A DNA stretch of 64,000 nucleotides. Origin: the human T2T-CHM13v2.0 reference genome, Homo sapiens. The stretch lies in NCBI RefSeq assembly GCF_009914755.1, contig NC_060937.1. One strand, 5' to 3'. The notes below the pieces were generated by a model. That model searched no databases and was not told the origin of the DNA. It was given only the letters and a program-made list of their open reading frames with translations. Every line of letters starts with the position of its first letter. Positions within the stretch are counted from its first letter, which is position 1. A program made the position numbers and the translations under genes. Shown here in pieces: positions 32,161 through 48,535 of the stretch.

Positions 32161-35100
32161 TTATATACTATACATAAAATATGAAAGTAACAAAACATTT
32201 ATAATAAACTGTACATAAAATATCAAAGTACTCAAACTATATATCATATACTGTACATAAAATATCAAAGTACCCAAACTGTGTATTATTATATACTGTA
32301 TATAAAATATCAAAGTACCTGAAATATATACTGTATACTGTACATAAAATATCAAAGTACCCAAAATATATACTATATACTGTACATAAAATATGAAGGT
32401 ACATCAAATATATATTATATCCTGTACATAAAATATCAAAGTACACCTATTATATATTGTGTACTGTACATAATATATTAAATCGCCCAAATATATATTG
32501 TATACTGTATATAAAATATGAAGGTACTTCAAATATATATTATATGCTGCACATAAAATATCAAAGTACCCAAAGTATGCATTACATACTGTACATAAAA
32601 TATCAAAGTACACATATTATCTATTATATAATGTACATAAAATATGAAGGTTCATCAAATATATATTATATTCTGTACATAATATATCAAAGTACATCAA
32701 ATATATATTATATACTGTACATAAAATATCAAAGTACCAAAAATATGTATTATATACTGTACATAAAACATGAAAGTAACCAAACATTTATAATAAACTG
32801 TACTTAAAATATCAAAGTACTCAATCTACATATTATATACAGTATATAAAATATCAAAGTACACAAACTGTATATTATATACTGTACATAATATATCAAA
32901 GTACCCAGAATATATAGCATACTGTACTTAAAATATCAAAGTACCCAAAATATATATTGTATACTGTACATAAAATATGAAGGTACATCAAAGATATATT
33001 ATATTCTGTACATAAAATATCAAAGTACACCAAATATATATTATATGCTGTACATAATATATTAAAGTTGCCCATATATACATTATATACTGTACATAAA
33101 ATATGAACGTACATCAAATATATAGTATATGCTGCACATAAAATATCAAAGTACCCAAAGTATGTATTATACACTGTACATAAAATATCAAAGTACCAAA
33201 AGTATATATTACATACTGTAAATAAAATATGAAGGTACCTCAAATATATATTATATTCTGTACATAAAATATCAAAGTACACCAAGTATATACTATATAC
33301 TCTGCATAAAATATTAAATTACCCAAAATATGTATTGCATTGTGTACATAAAATATGAAAGTAACCAAACATTTATAATAAACTGTACATAAAATATCAA
33401 AGTACTCAAACTGTATATTATATACTGTACATAAAGTATCAAAGTACCCAAACTGTGTAGTATATACTGTACATAAAATATCAAGGTACCCAAAATATAT
33501 ATTGTAAACTGTAGATAAAATATCAAAGTACCCAAAATATATATTATATACTGTACATAAAATATGAAGGCACATCCAATATATATTATATTCTGTACAT
33601 AAAATATCAAAGTACACCAAATGTATATTATATACTGTACATAAAATATCAAAGTACCCAAAGTGTATATTATATACTGTACATAAAATATGAAGATTCA
33701 TCAAATATATTTTATATTCTGCACATAATATATCAAAGTACAGCAAATATATATTATATACTGTACATAAAATATCAAAGTACCCAAAATATGTATTATA
33801 TACTGTACATAAAATATGAAAGTAACCAAACATTTATAATAAACTGTACATAAAGTATCAAAGTACTCAAACTACATATTATATACAGTATATAAAATGT
33901 CAAAGTACCCAAACTGTATATTATATACTGTACATAATATATCAAAGTACCTGAATATATAGCATACTGTACATAAAATATCAAAGTACCCAAAGTGTGT
34001 ATTATACACTGCACATAAAATATGAAGGTACATAAAATATATATTGTATTCTGTACATAAAATATCAAAGTACTCCAAATATATATTATATGCTGTACAT
34101 AATATATTAAAGTCGCCCAAATATATATTATATACTGTACATAAAATATGAAGGTACATCAAATATATATTATATGCTGCACATAAAATATCAAAGTACC
34201 CAAAGTATGTGTTATATACTGTACATAAAATATCAAAGTACCCAAAGTATATATTATATACTGTACATAAAATATAAAATACCCCAAATATATATTATAT
34301 GCTCTACATAAAATATCAAAGTACACAAAATATGTATTATATACTGTACATAAAATACCAAAGGACCCAAAATATATATTATATACTGTACATAAAATAT
34401 CAAAATACCCAAAATATATATTATATACTGTACATAAAATACCAAAATACCCAAAGTATATATTATATACCGTACAAAAAATATCAAAGTAGCCAAAATA
34501 TGTATTATACACTGTACATAATATATGAAAGTACCCAAACATTTATAAAAAACTGTACATAAAATATCAATGTACTCAAACTATATATTATGTGCGGTAC
34601 ATAAGATATCAAATTACCCATACTATATAGTATATACTGCACTTAAAATATCAAAATACCCAAAATATATATTATATACGTTACATAAACTATCAAATAC
34701 ACAAAGTATGTATTATATACTGTACATAAAATAGCAAAGTTCCCAAAATATGTATTATATACTGTACATAAAATATGAAAGTACCCAACCATTTATAATA
34801 AACTCTACATAAAATACCAAAGTACCCAAACTGTGTATTATATTCTGTCCATAAAATATCAAAGTACCCAAAATATATATTGTAAACTGTACATAAAATA
34901 TCAAAGTAGCCAAAATACATATTGTATACTGTACATAAAATATGAAAGTACCCCAAATATGTATTATATACTGTACATAAAATATCAAAGTACCCATAAT
35001 ACATATTATATACTGTACATAAAATATCAAAGGACCCAAAATAAACATTATATACTGTACATAAAATATCCAAATACTCAAAATATATATTACGTACTGT

Positions 35101-35173
35101 ACATAAAATATCAAAGTACCCAAATTATGTATTATATACTGTACGTAAAATATCAGAGTACCCAAAATATGCA
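32161..35173 (+). repeat. Higher-order unit B (3013 bp, 72 monomers)
   Basis: Landmark spacing 3013, no A block, no 10-bp insertion. Confidence 0.9.
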
Positions 35174-38100
35174 TTATATACTGTACATAAAATATGAAAG
35201 TAACAATACATTTATAATAAACTGTACATAAAATATCAAAGTACTCAAACTATATATCATATACTGTACATAAAATATCAAAGTACCCAAACTGTGTATT
35301 ATTATATACTGTATATAAAATATCAAAGTACCTGAAATATATACTGTATACTGTACATAAAATATCAAAGTACCCAAAATATATACTATATACTGTACAT
35401 AAAATATGAAGGTACATCAAATATATATTATATCCTGTACATAAAATATCAAAGTACACCTATTATATATTGTGTACTGTACATAATATATTAAATCGCC
35501 CAAATATATATTGTATACTGTATATAAAATATGAAGGTACTTCAAATATATATTATATGCTGCACATAAAATATCAAAGTACCCAAAGTATGCATTAAAC
35601 ACTGTACATAAAATATCAAAGTACACATATTATCTATTATATAATGTACATAAAATATGAAGGTTCATCAAATATATATTATATTCTGTACATAATATAT
35701 CAAAGTACATCAAATATATATTATATACTGTACATAAAATATCAAAGTACCAAAAATATGTATTATATACTGTACATAAAACATGAAAGTAACCAAACAT
35801 TTATAATAAACTGTACATAAAATATCAAAGTACTCAATCTACATATTATATACAGTATATAAAATATCAAAGTACACAAACTGTATATTATATACCGTAC
35901 ATAATATATCAAAGTACCCAGAATATATAGCATACTGTACATAAAATATCAAAGTACCCAAAATGTATATTGTATACTGTACATAAACTATGAAGGTACA
36001 TCAAAGATATATTATATTCTGTACATAAAATATCAAAGTACACCAAATATATATTATATGCTGTACATAATATATTAAAGTTGCCCATATATACATTATA
36101 TACTGTACATAAAATATGAACGTACATCAAATATATAGTATATGCTGCACATAAAATATCAAAGTACCCAAAGTATGTATTATACACTGTACATAAAATA
36201 TCAAAGTACCAAAAGTATATATTACATACTGTAAATAAAATATGAAGGTACCTCAAATATATATTATATTCTGTACATAAAATATCAAAGTACACCAAGT
36301 ATATACTATATACTCTGCATAAAATATTAAATTACCCAAAATATGTATTGCATTGTGTACATAAAATATGAAAGTAACCAAACATTTATAATAAACTGTA
36401 CATAAAATATCAAAGTACTCAAACTGTATATTATATACTGTACATAAAGTATCAAAGTACCCAAACTGTGTAGTATATACTGTACATAAAATATCAAGGT
36501 ACCCAAAATATATATTGTAAACTGTAGATAAAATATCAAAGTACCCAAAATATATATTATATACTGTACATAAAATATGAAGGCACATCCAATATATATT
36601 ATATTCTGTACATAATATATCAAAGTACACCAAATGTATATTATATACTGTACATAAAATATCAAAGTACCCAAAGTGTATATTATATACTGTACATAAA
36701 CTATGAAAGTTCATCAAATATATTTTATATTCTGCACATAATATATCAAAGTACAGCAAATATATATTATATACTGTACATAAAATATCAAAGTACCCAA
36801 AATATGTATTATATACTGTACATAAAATATGAAAGTAACCAAACATTTATAATAAACTGTACATAAAATATCAAAGTACTCAAACTGTATATTATATACT
36901 CTACATAAAGTATCAAAGTACCCAAACTGTGTAGTATATACTGTACATAAAATATCAAGGTACCCAAAATATATATTGTAAACTGTAGATAAAATATCAA
37001 AGTACCCAAAATATATATTATATACTGTACATGAAATATGAAGGCCCCTCCAATATATATTATACTCTGTACATAAAATATCAAAGTACACCAAATGTAT
37101 ATTATATACTGTACATAAAATATCAAAGTACCCAAAGTGTATATTATATACTGTACATAAACTATGAAGGTTCATCAAATATATTTTATATTCTGCACAT
37201 AATATATCAAAGTACAGCAAATATATATTATATACTGTACATAAAATATCAAAGTACCCAAATTATGTATTATATACTGTACATAAAATATGAAAGTAAG
37301 CAAACATTTATAATAAACTGTACATAAAGTATCAAAGTACTCAAACTACATATTATATACAGTATATAAAATATCAAAGTACCCAAACTGTATATTATAT
37401 AATGTACATAATATATCAAAGTACCCGAATATATAGCATACTCTACATAAAATATCAAAGTACCCAAAGTTTGTATTATACACTGCACATAAAATATGGA
37501 GGTACATCAAAGATATATTATATTCTGTACATAAAATATCAAAGTACACCAAATATATGTTATATGCTGTACATAATATATTAAAGTCGACCAAATATAT
37601 ATTATATACTGTACATAAAATATGAAGGTACATCAAATATATATTATATGCTGCACATAAAATATCAAAGTACCCAAAGTATGTGTTATATACTGTACAT
37701 AAAATATCAAAGTACCCAAAGTATATATTATATACTGTACATAAAATATAAAATACCCCAAATATATATTATATGCTCTACATAAAATATCAAAGTACAC
37801 AAAATATGTATTATATACTGTACATAAAATACCAAAGGACCCAAAATATATATTATATACTGTACATAAAATATCAAAATACCCAAAATATATATTATAT
37901 ACTGTACATAAAATACCAAAGTACCCAAAGTATATATTATATACCGTACAAAAAATATCAAAGTAGCCAAAATATGTATTATACACTGTACATAATATAT
38001 GAAAGTACCCAAACATTTATAATAAACTGTACATAAAATATCAATGTACTCAAACTATATATTATGTGCGGTACATAAGATATCAAAGTACCCATACTAT

Positions 38101-38647
38101 ATAGTATATACTGTACTTAAAATATCAAAATACCCAAAATATATATTATATACGTTACATAAACTATCAAATACACAAAGTATGTATTATATACTGTACA
38201 TAAAATAGCAAAGTTCCCAAAATATGTATTATATACTGTACATAAAATATGAAAGTACCCAACCATTTATAATAAAGTCTACATAAAATACCAAAGTACC
38301 CAAACTGTGTATTATATACTGTCCATAAAATATCAAAGGACCCAAAATATATATTGTAAACTCTACATAAAATATCAAAGTAGCCAAAATACATATTGTA
38401 TACTGTACATAAAATATAAAAGTACCCCAAATATATATTATATACTGTACATAAAATATCAAAGTACCCATAATACATATTATACACTGTACATAAAATA
38501 TCAAAGGACCCAAAATAAACATTATATACTGTACATAAAATATCCAAATACTCAAAATATATATTACATACTGTACATAAAATATCAAAGTACCCAAATT
38601 ATGTATTATACACTGTACGTAAAATATCAGAGTACCCAAAATATGCA
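35174..38647 (+). repeat. Unit B with an internal 461-bp tandem duplication (3474 bp)
   Basis: 36361-36821 is repeated at 36822-37282. 3474 = 3013 + 461. Confidence 0.87.
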
Positions 38648-41600
38648 TTATATACTGTACATAAAATATGAAAGTAACAAAACATTTATAATAAACTGTA
38701 CATAAAATATCAAAGTACTCAAACTATATATCATATACTCTACATAAAATATCAAAGTACCCAAACTGTGTATTATTATATACTGTATATAAAATATCAA
38801 AGTACCTGAAATATATACTGTATACTGTACATAAAATATCAAAGTACCCAAAATATATACTATATACTGTACATAAAATATGAAGGTACATCAAATATAT
38901 ATTATATCCTGTACATAAAATATCAAAGTACACCTATTATATATTGTGTACTGTACATAATATATTAAATCGCCCAAATATATATTGTATACTGTATATA
39001 AAATATGAAGGTACTTCAAATATATATTATATGCTGCACATAAAATATCAAAGTACCCAAGGTATGCATTACATACTGTACATAAAATATCAAAGTACAC
39101 ATATTATCTATTATATAATGTACATAAAATATGAAGGTTCATCAAATATATATTATATTCTGTACATAATATATCAAAGTACATCAAATATATATTATAT
39201 ACTGTACATAAAATATCAAAGTACCAAAAATATGTATTATATACTGTACATAAAACATGAAAGTAACCAAACATTTATAATAAACTGTACATAAAATATC
39301 AAAGTACTCAATCTACATATTATATACAGTATATAAAATATCAAAGTACACAAACTGTATATTATATACGGTACATAATATATCAAAGTACCCAGAATAT
39401 ATAGCATACTGTAAATAAAATATCAAAGTACCCAAAATATATATTGTATACTGTACATAAAATATGAAGGTACATCAAAGATATATTATATTCTGTACAT
39501 AAAATATCAAACTACACCAAATATATATTATATGCTGTACATAATATATTAAAGTTGCCCATATATACATTATATACTGTACATAAAATATGAACGTACA
39601 TCAAATATATAGTATATGCTGCACATAAAATATCAAAGTACCCAAAATATATGCTATATACTGTACATAAAATATGAAGGTACATCAAATATATATTATA
39701 TCCTGTACATAAAATATCAAAGTACACCTATTATATATTGTGTACTGCACATAATATATTAAATCGCCCAAATATATATTGTATACTGTATATAAAATAT
39801 GAAGGTACTTCAAATATATATTATATGCTGCACATAAAATATCAAAGTACCCAAAGTATGCATTACATACTGTACATAAAATATCAAATTACAAAAATTA
39901 TATATTATATTCTGTACATAAAATATGTAGGTTCTTCAAATATATTTTATATTCTGTACATAATATATCAAAGTACATCAAATATATATTATATACGGTA
40001 CATAAAATATCAAAGTACCCAAAATATGTATTAATTACTGTGCATAAAATATGAAAGTAACCAAACATTTATAATAAACTGTACTTAAAATATCAAACTA
40101 CTCAATCTACATATTATATACAGTATATAAAATATCAAAGTACACAAACTGTATATTATATACTGTACATAATATATCAAAGTACCCAGAATATATAGCA
40201 TACTGTACATACAATATCAAAGTACCCAGAATGTATATTGTATTCTGTACATAAAATATGAATGTACATCAAAGATATATTATATTCTGTACATAAAATA
40301 TCAAAGTACACCAAATATATATTATATGCTGTACATAATATATTAAAGTTGCCCATGCATACATTTTATACTGTACATAAAATATGAAGGTACATCAAAT
40401 ATATAGTATATGCTGCACATAAAATATCAAAGTACCCAAAGTATGTATTATATACTGTACATAAAATATCAAAGTACCAAAAGTATATATTACCTACTGT
40501 AAATAAAATATGAAGATACCTCAAATATATATTATATTCTGTACATGAAATATCAAAGTACACCAAGTATATACTATATACTCTACATAAAATATTAAAT
40601 TACCCAAAATATGTATTGTATTGTGTACATAAAATATGAAAGTAACCAAACATTTATAATAAACTGTACATAAAATATCAAAGTACTCAAACTTTATATT
40701 ATATACTGTACATAAAGTATCAAAGTACCCAAACTGTGTAGTATATACTGTACATAAAATATCAAGGTACCCAAAATGTATATTGTAAACTGTAGATAAA
40801 ATATCAAAGTACCCAAAATATATATTATATACTGTACATAAAATATGAAGGCTCATCCAATATATATTATATTCTGTACATAAAATATCAAAGTACACCA
40901 AATGTATATTATATACTGTACATAAAATATAAAACTACGCCAAATATATCTTATATACTCTACATAAAATATCAAAGTACCCAAAATATATATTATATAC
41001 TGTACATAAAATATCAAAGTACCCATAGTATGTATTATATCCTGTACATAAAATATGAAGGTACATCAAATATATATTCTATTCTGCACATAAAATATCA
41101 TATTGCACCAAATATATATTGTATACTGTATATAAAATATGAAGGTACTTCAAATATATATTATATGCTGCACATAAAATATCAAAGTACCCAAAGTATG
41201 CATTATATACTGTACATAAAATATCAAAGTACCCAAAGTGTATATTATATACTGTACATAAAATATGAAGGTTCATCAAATATATTTTATATTCTGCACA
41301 TAATATATCAAAGTACAGCAAATATATATTATATACTGTACATAAAATATCAAAGTACCCAAAATATGTATTATATACTGTACATAAAATATGAAAGTAA
41401 CCAAACATTTATAATAAACTGTACATAAAATATCAAAGTACTCAAACTACATATTATATACAGTATATAAAATGTCAAAGTACCCAAACTGTATATTATA
41501 TACTGTACATAATATATCAAAGTACCCAAATATATAGCATACTGTACATAAAATATCAAAGTACCCAAAGTGTGTGTTATACACTGCACATAAAATATGA

Positions 41601-42205
41601 AGGTACATCAAAGATATATTATATTCTGTACATAAAATATCAAAGTACACCAAATATATATTATATGCTGTACAGAATATATTAAAGTCGACCAAATATA
41701 TATTATATACTGTACATAAAATATGAAGGTACATCAAATATATATTATATGCTGCACATAAAATATCAAAGTACCCAAAGTATGTATTATATACTGTACA
41801 TAAAATATCAAAGTACCCAAAGTATATATTATATACTGTACATAAAATATAAAATACCCCAAATATATATTATATCCTGTACATAAAATATCAAAGTACC
41901 CAAAATATATATTGTAAACTGTACATAAAATATCAAAGTAGCCAAAATATATATTGTATACTGTCCATAAAATATAAAAGTACCCCAAATATGTATTATA
42001 TACTGTACATAAAATATCAAAGTACCGATAATACATATTATATACTGTACATAAAATATCAAAGGACCCAAAATAAACATTATATACTGTACATAAAATA
42101 TCCAAATACTCAAAATATATATTACATACTGTACATAAAATATCAAAGTACCCAAATTATGTATTATATACTGTACGTAAAATATCAGAGTACCCAAAAT
42201 ATGCA
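38648..42205 (+). repeat. Rearranged unit: A + 794-bp duplication - 543-bp deletion (3558 bp)
   Basis: CACCTATTATATATTGTG motif occurs twice 794 bp apart (ORF anchors 38944 and 39738). The TGTGCGGTAC/CGTTACAT region is missing at ~41875. Confidence 0.83.
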
Positions 42206-45200
42206 TTATATACTGTACATAAAATATGAAAGTAACAAAACATTTATAATAAACTGTACATAAAATATCAAAGTACTCAAACTATATATCATATACTGTA
42301 CATAAAATATCAAAGTACCCAAACTGTGTATTATTATATACTGTATATAAAATATCAAAGTACCTGAAATATATATTGTATACTGTACATAAAATATCAA
42401 AGTACCCAAAATATATACTATATACTGTACATAAAATATGAAGGTACATCAAATATATATTATATCCTGTACATAAAATATCAAAGTACACCTATTATAT
42501 ATTGTGTACTGTACATAATATATTAAATCGCCCAAATATATATTGTATACTGTATATAAAATATGAAGGTACTTCCAATATATATTATATGCTGCACATA
42601 AAATATCAAAGTACCCAAGGTATGCATTACATACTGTACATAAAATATCAAAGTACACATATTATATATTATATAATATACATAAAATATGAAGGTTCAT
42701 CAAATATATATTATATTCTGTACATAATATATCAAAGTACATCAAATATATATTATATACTGTACATAAAATATCAAAGTACCAAAAATATGTATTATAT
42801 ACTGTACATAAAATATGAAAGTAACCAAACATTTATAATAAACTGTACATAAAATATCAAAGTACTCAGTCTACATATTATATACAGTATATAAAATATC
42901 AAAGTACACACACTGTATATTATATACTGTACATAATATATCAAAATACCCAGAATATATAGCATACTGTACATAAAATATCAAAGTACCCAAAATATAT
43001 ATTGTATACTGTACATAAAATATGAAGGTACATCAAAGATATATTATATTCTGTACATAAAATATCAAACTACACCAAATATATATTATATGCTGTACAT
43101 AATATATTAAAGTTGCCCATATATACATTATATACTGTACATAAAATATGAACGTACATCAAATATATAGTATATGCTGCACATAAAATATCAAAGTACC
43201 CAAAGTATGTATTATACACTGTACATAAAATATCAAAGTACCAAAAGTATATATTACATACTGTAAATAAAATATGAAGGTACCTCAAATATATATTATA
43301 TTCTGTACATAAAACATCAAAGTACACCAAGTATATACTATATACTCTGCATAAAATATTAAATTACCCAAAATATGTATTGCATTGTGTACATAAAATA
43401 TGAAAGTAACCAAACATTTATAATAAACTGTACATAAAATTTCAAAGTACTCAAACTGTATATTATATACTGTACATAAAGTATCAAAGTACCCAAACTG
43501 TGTAGTATATACTGTACATAAAATATCAAGGTACCCAAAATATATATTGTAAACTGTAGATAAAATATCAAAGTACCCAAAATATATATTATATACTGTA
43601 CATAAAATATGAAGGCACATCCAATATATACTATATTCTGTACATAAAATATCAAAGTACACCAAATGTATATTATATACTGTACAAAAAATATCAAAGT
43701 ACCCAAAGTGTATATTATATACTGTACATAAAATATGAAGGTTCATCAAATATATTTTATATTCTGCACATAATATATCAAAGTACAGCAAATATATATT
43801 ATATACTGTACATAAAATATCAAAGTACCCAAAATATGTATTATATACTGTACATAAAATATGAAAGTAACCAAACATTTATAATAAACTGTACATAAAG
43901 TATCAAAGTACTCAAACTACATATTATATACAGTATATAAAATGTCAAAGTACCCAAACTGTATATTATATACTGTACATAATATATCAAAGTACCCGAA
44001 TATATAGCATACTGTACATAAAATATCAAGGTACCCAAAGTGTGTATTATACACTGCACATAAAATATGAAGGTACATAAAATATATATTGTATTCTGTA
44101 CATAAAATATCAAAGTACTCCAAATATATATTATATGCTGTACATAATATATTATAGTCGCCCAAATATATATTATATACTGTACATAAAATATGAAGGT
44201 ACATCAAATATATATTATATGCTGCACATAAAATATCAAAGTACCCAAAGTATGTGTTATATACTGTACATAAAATATCAAAGTACCCAATGTATATATT
44301 ATATACTGTACATAAAATATAAAATACCCCAAATATATATTATATGCTATACATAAAATATCAAAGTACACAAAATATGTATTATATACTGTACATAAAA
44401 TACCAAAGGACCCAAAATATATATTATATACTGTACATAAAATATCAAAATACCCAAAATATATATTATATACTGTACATAAAATACCAAAGTACCCAAA
44501 GTATATATTATATACCGTACAAAAAATATCAAAGTAGCCAAAATATGTATTATACACTGTACATAATATATGAAAGTACCCAAACATTTATAATAAACTG
44601 TACATAAAATATCAATGTACTCAAACTATATATTATCTGCGGTACATAAGATATCAAAGTACCCATACTATATAGTATATACTGTACTTAAAATATCAAA
44701 ATACCCAAAATATATATTATATACGTTACATAAACTATCAAATACACAAAGTATGTATTATATACTGTACATAAAATAGAAAAGTTCCCAAAATATGTAT
44801 TATATATATTATAAATATGTACATAAAATATGAAAGTACCCAACCATTTATAATAAACTCTACATAAAACACCAAAGTACCCAAACTGTGTATTATATAC
44901 TGTCCATAAAATATCAAAGTACCCAAAATATATATTGTAAACTGTACATAAAATATCAAAGTAGCCAAAATACATATTGTATACTGTACATAAAATATAA
45001 AAGTACCCCAAATATATATTATATACTGTACATAAAATATCAAAGTACCCATAATACATATTATATACTGTACATAAAATATCAAAGGACCCAAAATAAA
45101 CATTATATACTGTACATAAAATATCCAAATACTCAAAATATATATTACATACTGTACATAAAATATCAAAGTACCCAAATTATGTACTATATACTGTACG

Positions 45201-45228
45201 TAAAATATCAGAGTACCCAAAATATGCG
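42206..45228 (+). repeat. Higher-order unit B' (3023 bp)
   Basis: 10-bp insertion at 44807-44817. Confidence 0.88.
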
Positions 45229-48200
45229 TTATATACTGTACATAAAATATGAAAGTAACAAAACATTTATAATAAACTGTACATAAAATATCAAAGTACT
45301 CAAACTATATATCATATACTGTACATAAAATATCAAAGTACCCAAACTGTGTATTATTATATACTGTATATAAAATATCAAAGTACCTGAAATATATATT
45401 GTATACTGTACATAAAATATCAAAGTACACAAAATATATACTATATACTGTACATAAAATATGAAGGTACATCAAATATATATTATATCCTGTACATAAA
45501 ATAACAAAGTACACCTATTATATATTGTGTACTGTACATAATATATTAAATCGCCCAAATATATATTGTATACTGTATATAAAATATGAAGGTACTTCAA
45601 ATATATATTATATGCTGCACATAAAATATCAAAGTACCCAAGGTATGCATTACATACTGTACATAAAATATCAAAGTACACAAATTATATATTATATACT
45701 GTACATAAAATCTGTAGGTTCATCAAATATATTTTATATTCTGTACATAATATATCAAAGTACATCAAATATATATTATATACGGTACATAAAATATCAA
45801 ATTACCCAAAATATATATTATTTACTGTACATAAAATATGAAAGTAACCAAACATTTATAATAAACTGTACATAAATTATCAAAGTACTCAATCTACATA
45901 TTATATACAGTATATAAAATATCAAAGTACACAAACTGTATATTATATACTGTACATAATATGTCAAAGTACCCAGAATATATAGCATACTGTACATACA
46001 ATATCAAAGTACCCAAAATATATATTGTATACTGTACATAAAATATGAAGGTACATCAAAGATATATTATATTCTGTACATAAAATATCAAAGTACACCA
46101 AATATATATTATATGCTGTACATAATATATTAAAGTTGCCCATGTATACATTTTATACTGTACATAAAATATGAAGGTACATCAAATATATAGTATATGC
46201 TGCACATAAAATATCAAAGTACCCAAAGTATGTATTATATACTGTACATAAAATATCAAAGTACCAAAAGTATATATTACCTACTGTAAATAAAATGTGA
46301 AGATACCTCAAATATATATTATATTCTGTACATGAAATATCAAAGTACACCAAGTATATACTATATACTCTACATAAAATATTAAATTACCCAAAATATG
46401 TATTGTATTGTGTACATAAAATATGAAAATAACCAAACATTTATAATAAACTGTACATAAAATATCAAAGTACTCAAACTTTATATTATATACTGTACAT
46501 AAAGTATCAAAGTACCCAAACTGTGTAGTATATACTGTACATAAAATATCAAGGTACCCAAAATGTATATTGTAAACTGTAGATAAAATATCAAAGTACC
46601 CAAAATATATATTATATACTGTACATAAAATATGAAGGCACATCCAATATATATTATATTCTGTACATAAAATATCAAAGTACACCAAATGTATATTATA
46701 TACTGTACATAAAATATAAAACTACCCCAAATATATATTATATACTCTACATAAAATATCAAAGTACCCAAAATATATATTATATACTGTACATAATATA
46801 TCAAAGTACCCATAGTATGTATTATATCCTGTACATAAAATATGAAAGTACGTCAAATATATATTCTATTCTGCACATAAAATATCATATTGCACCAAAT
46901 ATATATTGTATACTGTATATAAAATATGAAGGTACTTCAAATATATATTATATGCTGCACATAAAATATCAAAGTACCCAAAGTATGCATTATATACTGT
47001 ACATAAAATATCAAAGTACCCAAAGTGTATATTATATACTGTACATAAAATATGAAGGTTCATCAAATATATTTTATATTCTGCACATAATATATCAAAG
47101 TACAGCAAATATATATTATATACTGTACATAAAATAACAAAGTAACAAAAATATGTATTATATACTGTACATAAAATATGAAAGTAACCAAATATTTATA
47201 ATAAACTGTATATAAAATATCAAAGTACTCAAACTACATATTATATACAGTATATAAAATATCAAAGTACCCAAACTATATATTATATACTGTACATACT
47301 ATATCAAAGTACCCGAATATAGAGCATACTGTACATAAAATATCAAATTACCCAAAATATATATTGTATACTGTACATAAAATATGAAGGTACATCAAAG
47401 ATATATTATATTCTGTACATAAAATATCAAAGTACACCAAATATATATTATCTGCTGTACAGAATATATTAAAGTCGACCAAATGTATATTATATAGTGT
47501 ACATAAAATATGAAGGTACATCAAATATATATTATATGCTGCACATAAAATATCAAAGTACCCAAAGTATGTATTATATACTGTACATAAAATATCAAAG
47601 TACCCAAAGTATATATTATATACTGTACATAAAATATAAAATACCCCAAATATATATTATATGCTGTACATAAAATATCAAAGTACACAAAATATGCATT
47701 ATGTACTGTACATAAATTATCAAAGGACCCAAAATATATATTATATAGTGTACATAAAATATCAAAATACCCAAAATATATATTATATACTGTACATAAA
47801 ATACCAAAGTACCCAAAGTATATATTATATACTGTATAAAAAATATCAAAGTAGCCAAAATATGTATTATACACTGTACATAATATATGAAAGTACCCAA
47901 ACATTTATAATAAACTGTACATAAAATATCAATGTACTCAAATTATATATTATGTGCGGTACTTAAGATATCAAAGTACCCATACTATATAGTATGTACT
48001 GTACTTAAAATATCAAAATACCCAAAATATATATTATATACGTTACATAAACTATCAAATACACAAAGTATGTATTACATACTGTACATAAAATAGCAAA
48101 GTTCCCAAAATATGTATTATATACTGTACATAAAATATGAAAGTAACCAACCATTTATAATAAACTCTACATAAAATACCAAAGTACCCAAACTGTGTAT

Positions 48201-48535
48201 TATATACTCTCCATAAAATATCAAGGTACCCAAAATATATATTGTCAACTGTACATAAAATATCAAAGTAGCCAAAATATATATAGTATACCGTACATAA
48301 AATATAAAAGTACCCCAAATATGTATTATATACTGTACATAAAATATCAAAGTACCGATAATACATATTATATAGTGTACATAAAATATCAGAGGACCCA
48401 AAATAAACATTATATACTGTACATAAAATATCCAAATACTCAAAATATATATTACATACTGTACATAAAATATCAAAGTACCCAAATTATGTATTATATA
48501 CTGTACATAAAATATCAGAGTACCCAAAATATGCA
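45229..48535 (+). repeat. Higher-order unit A (3307 bp)
   Basis: Near-copy of 18172-21478 at offset 27057. Confidence 0.9.
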
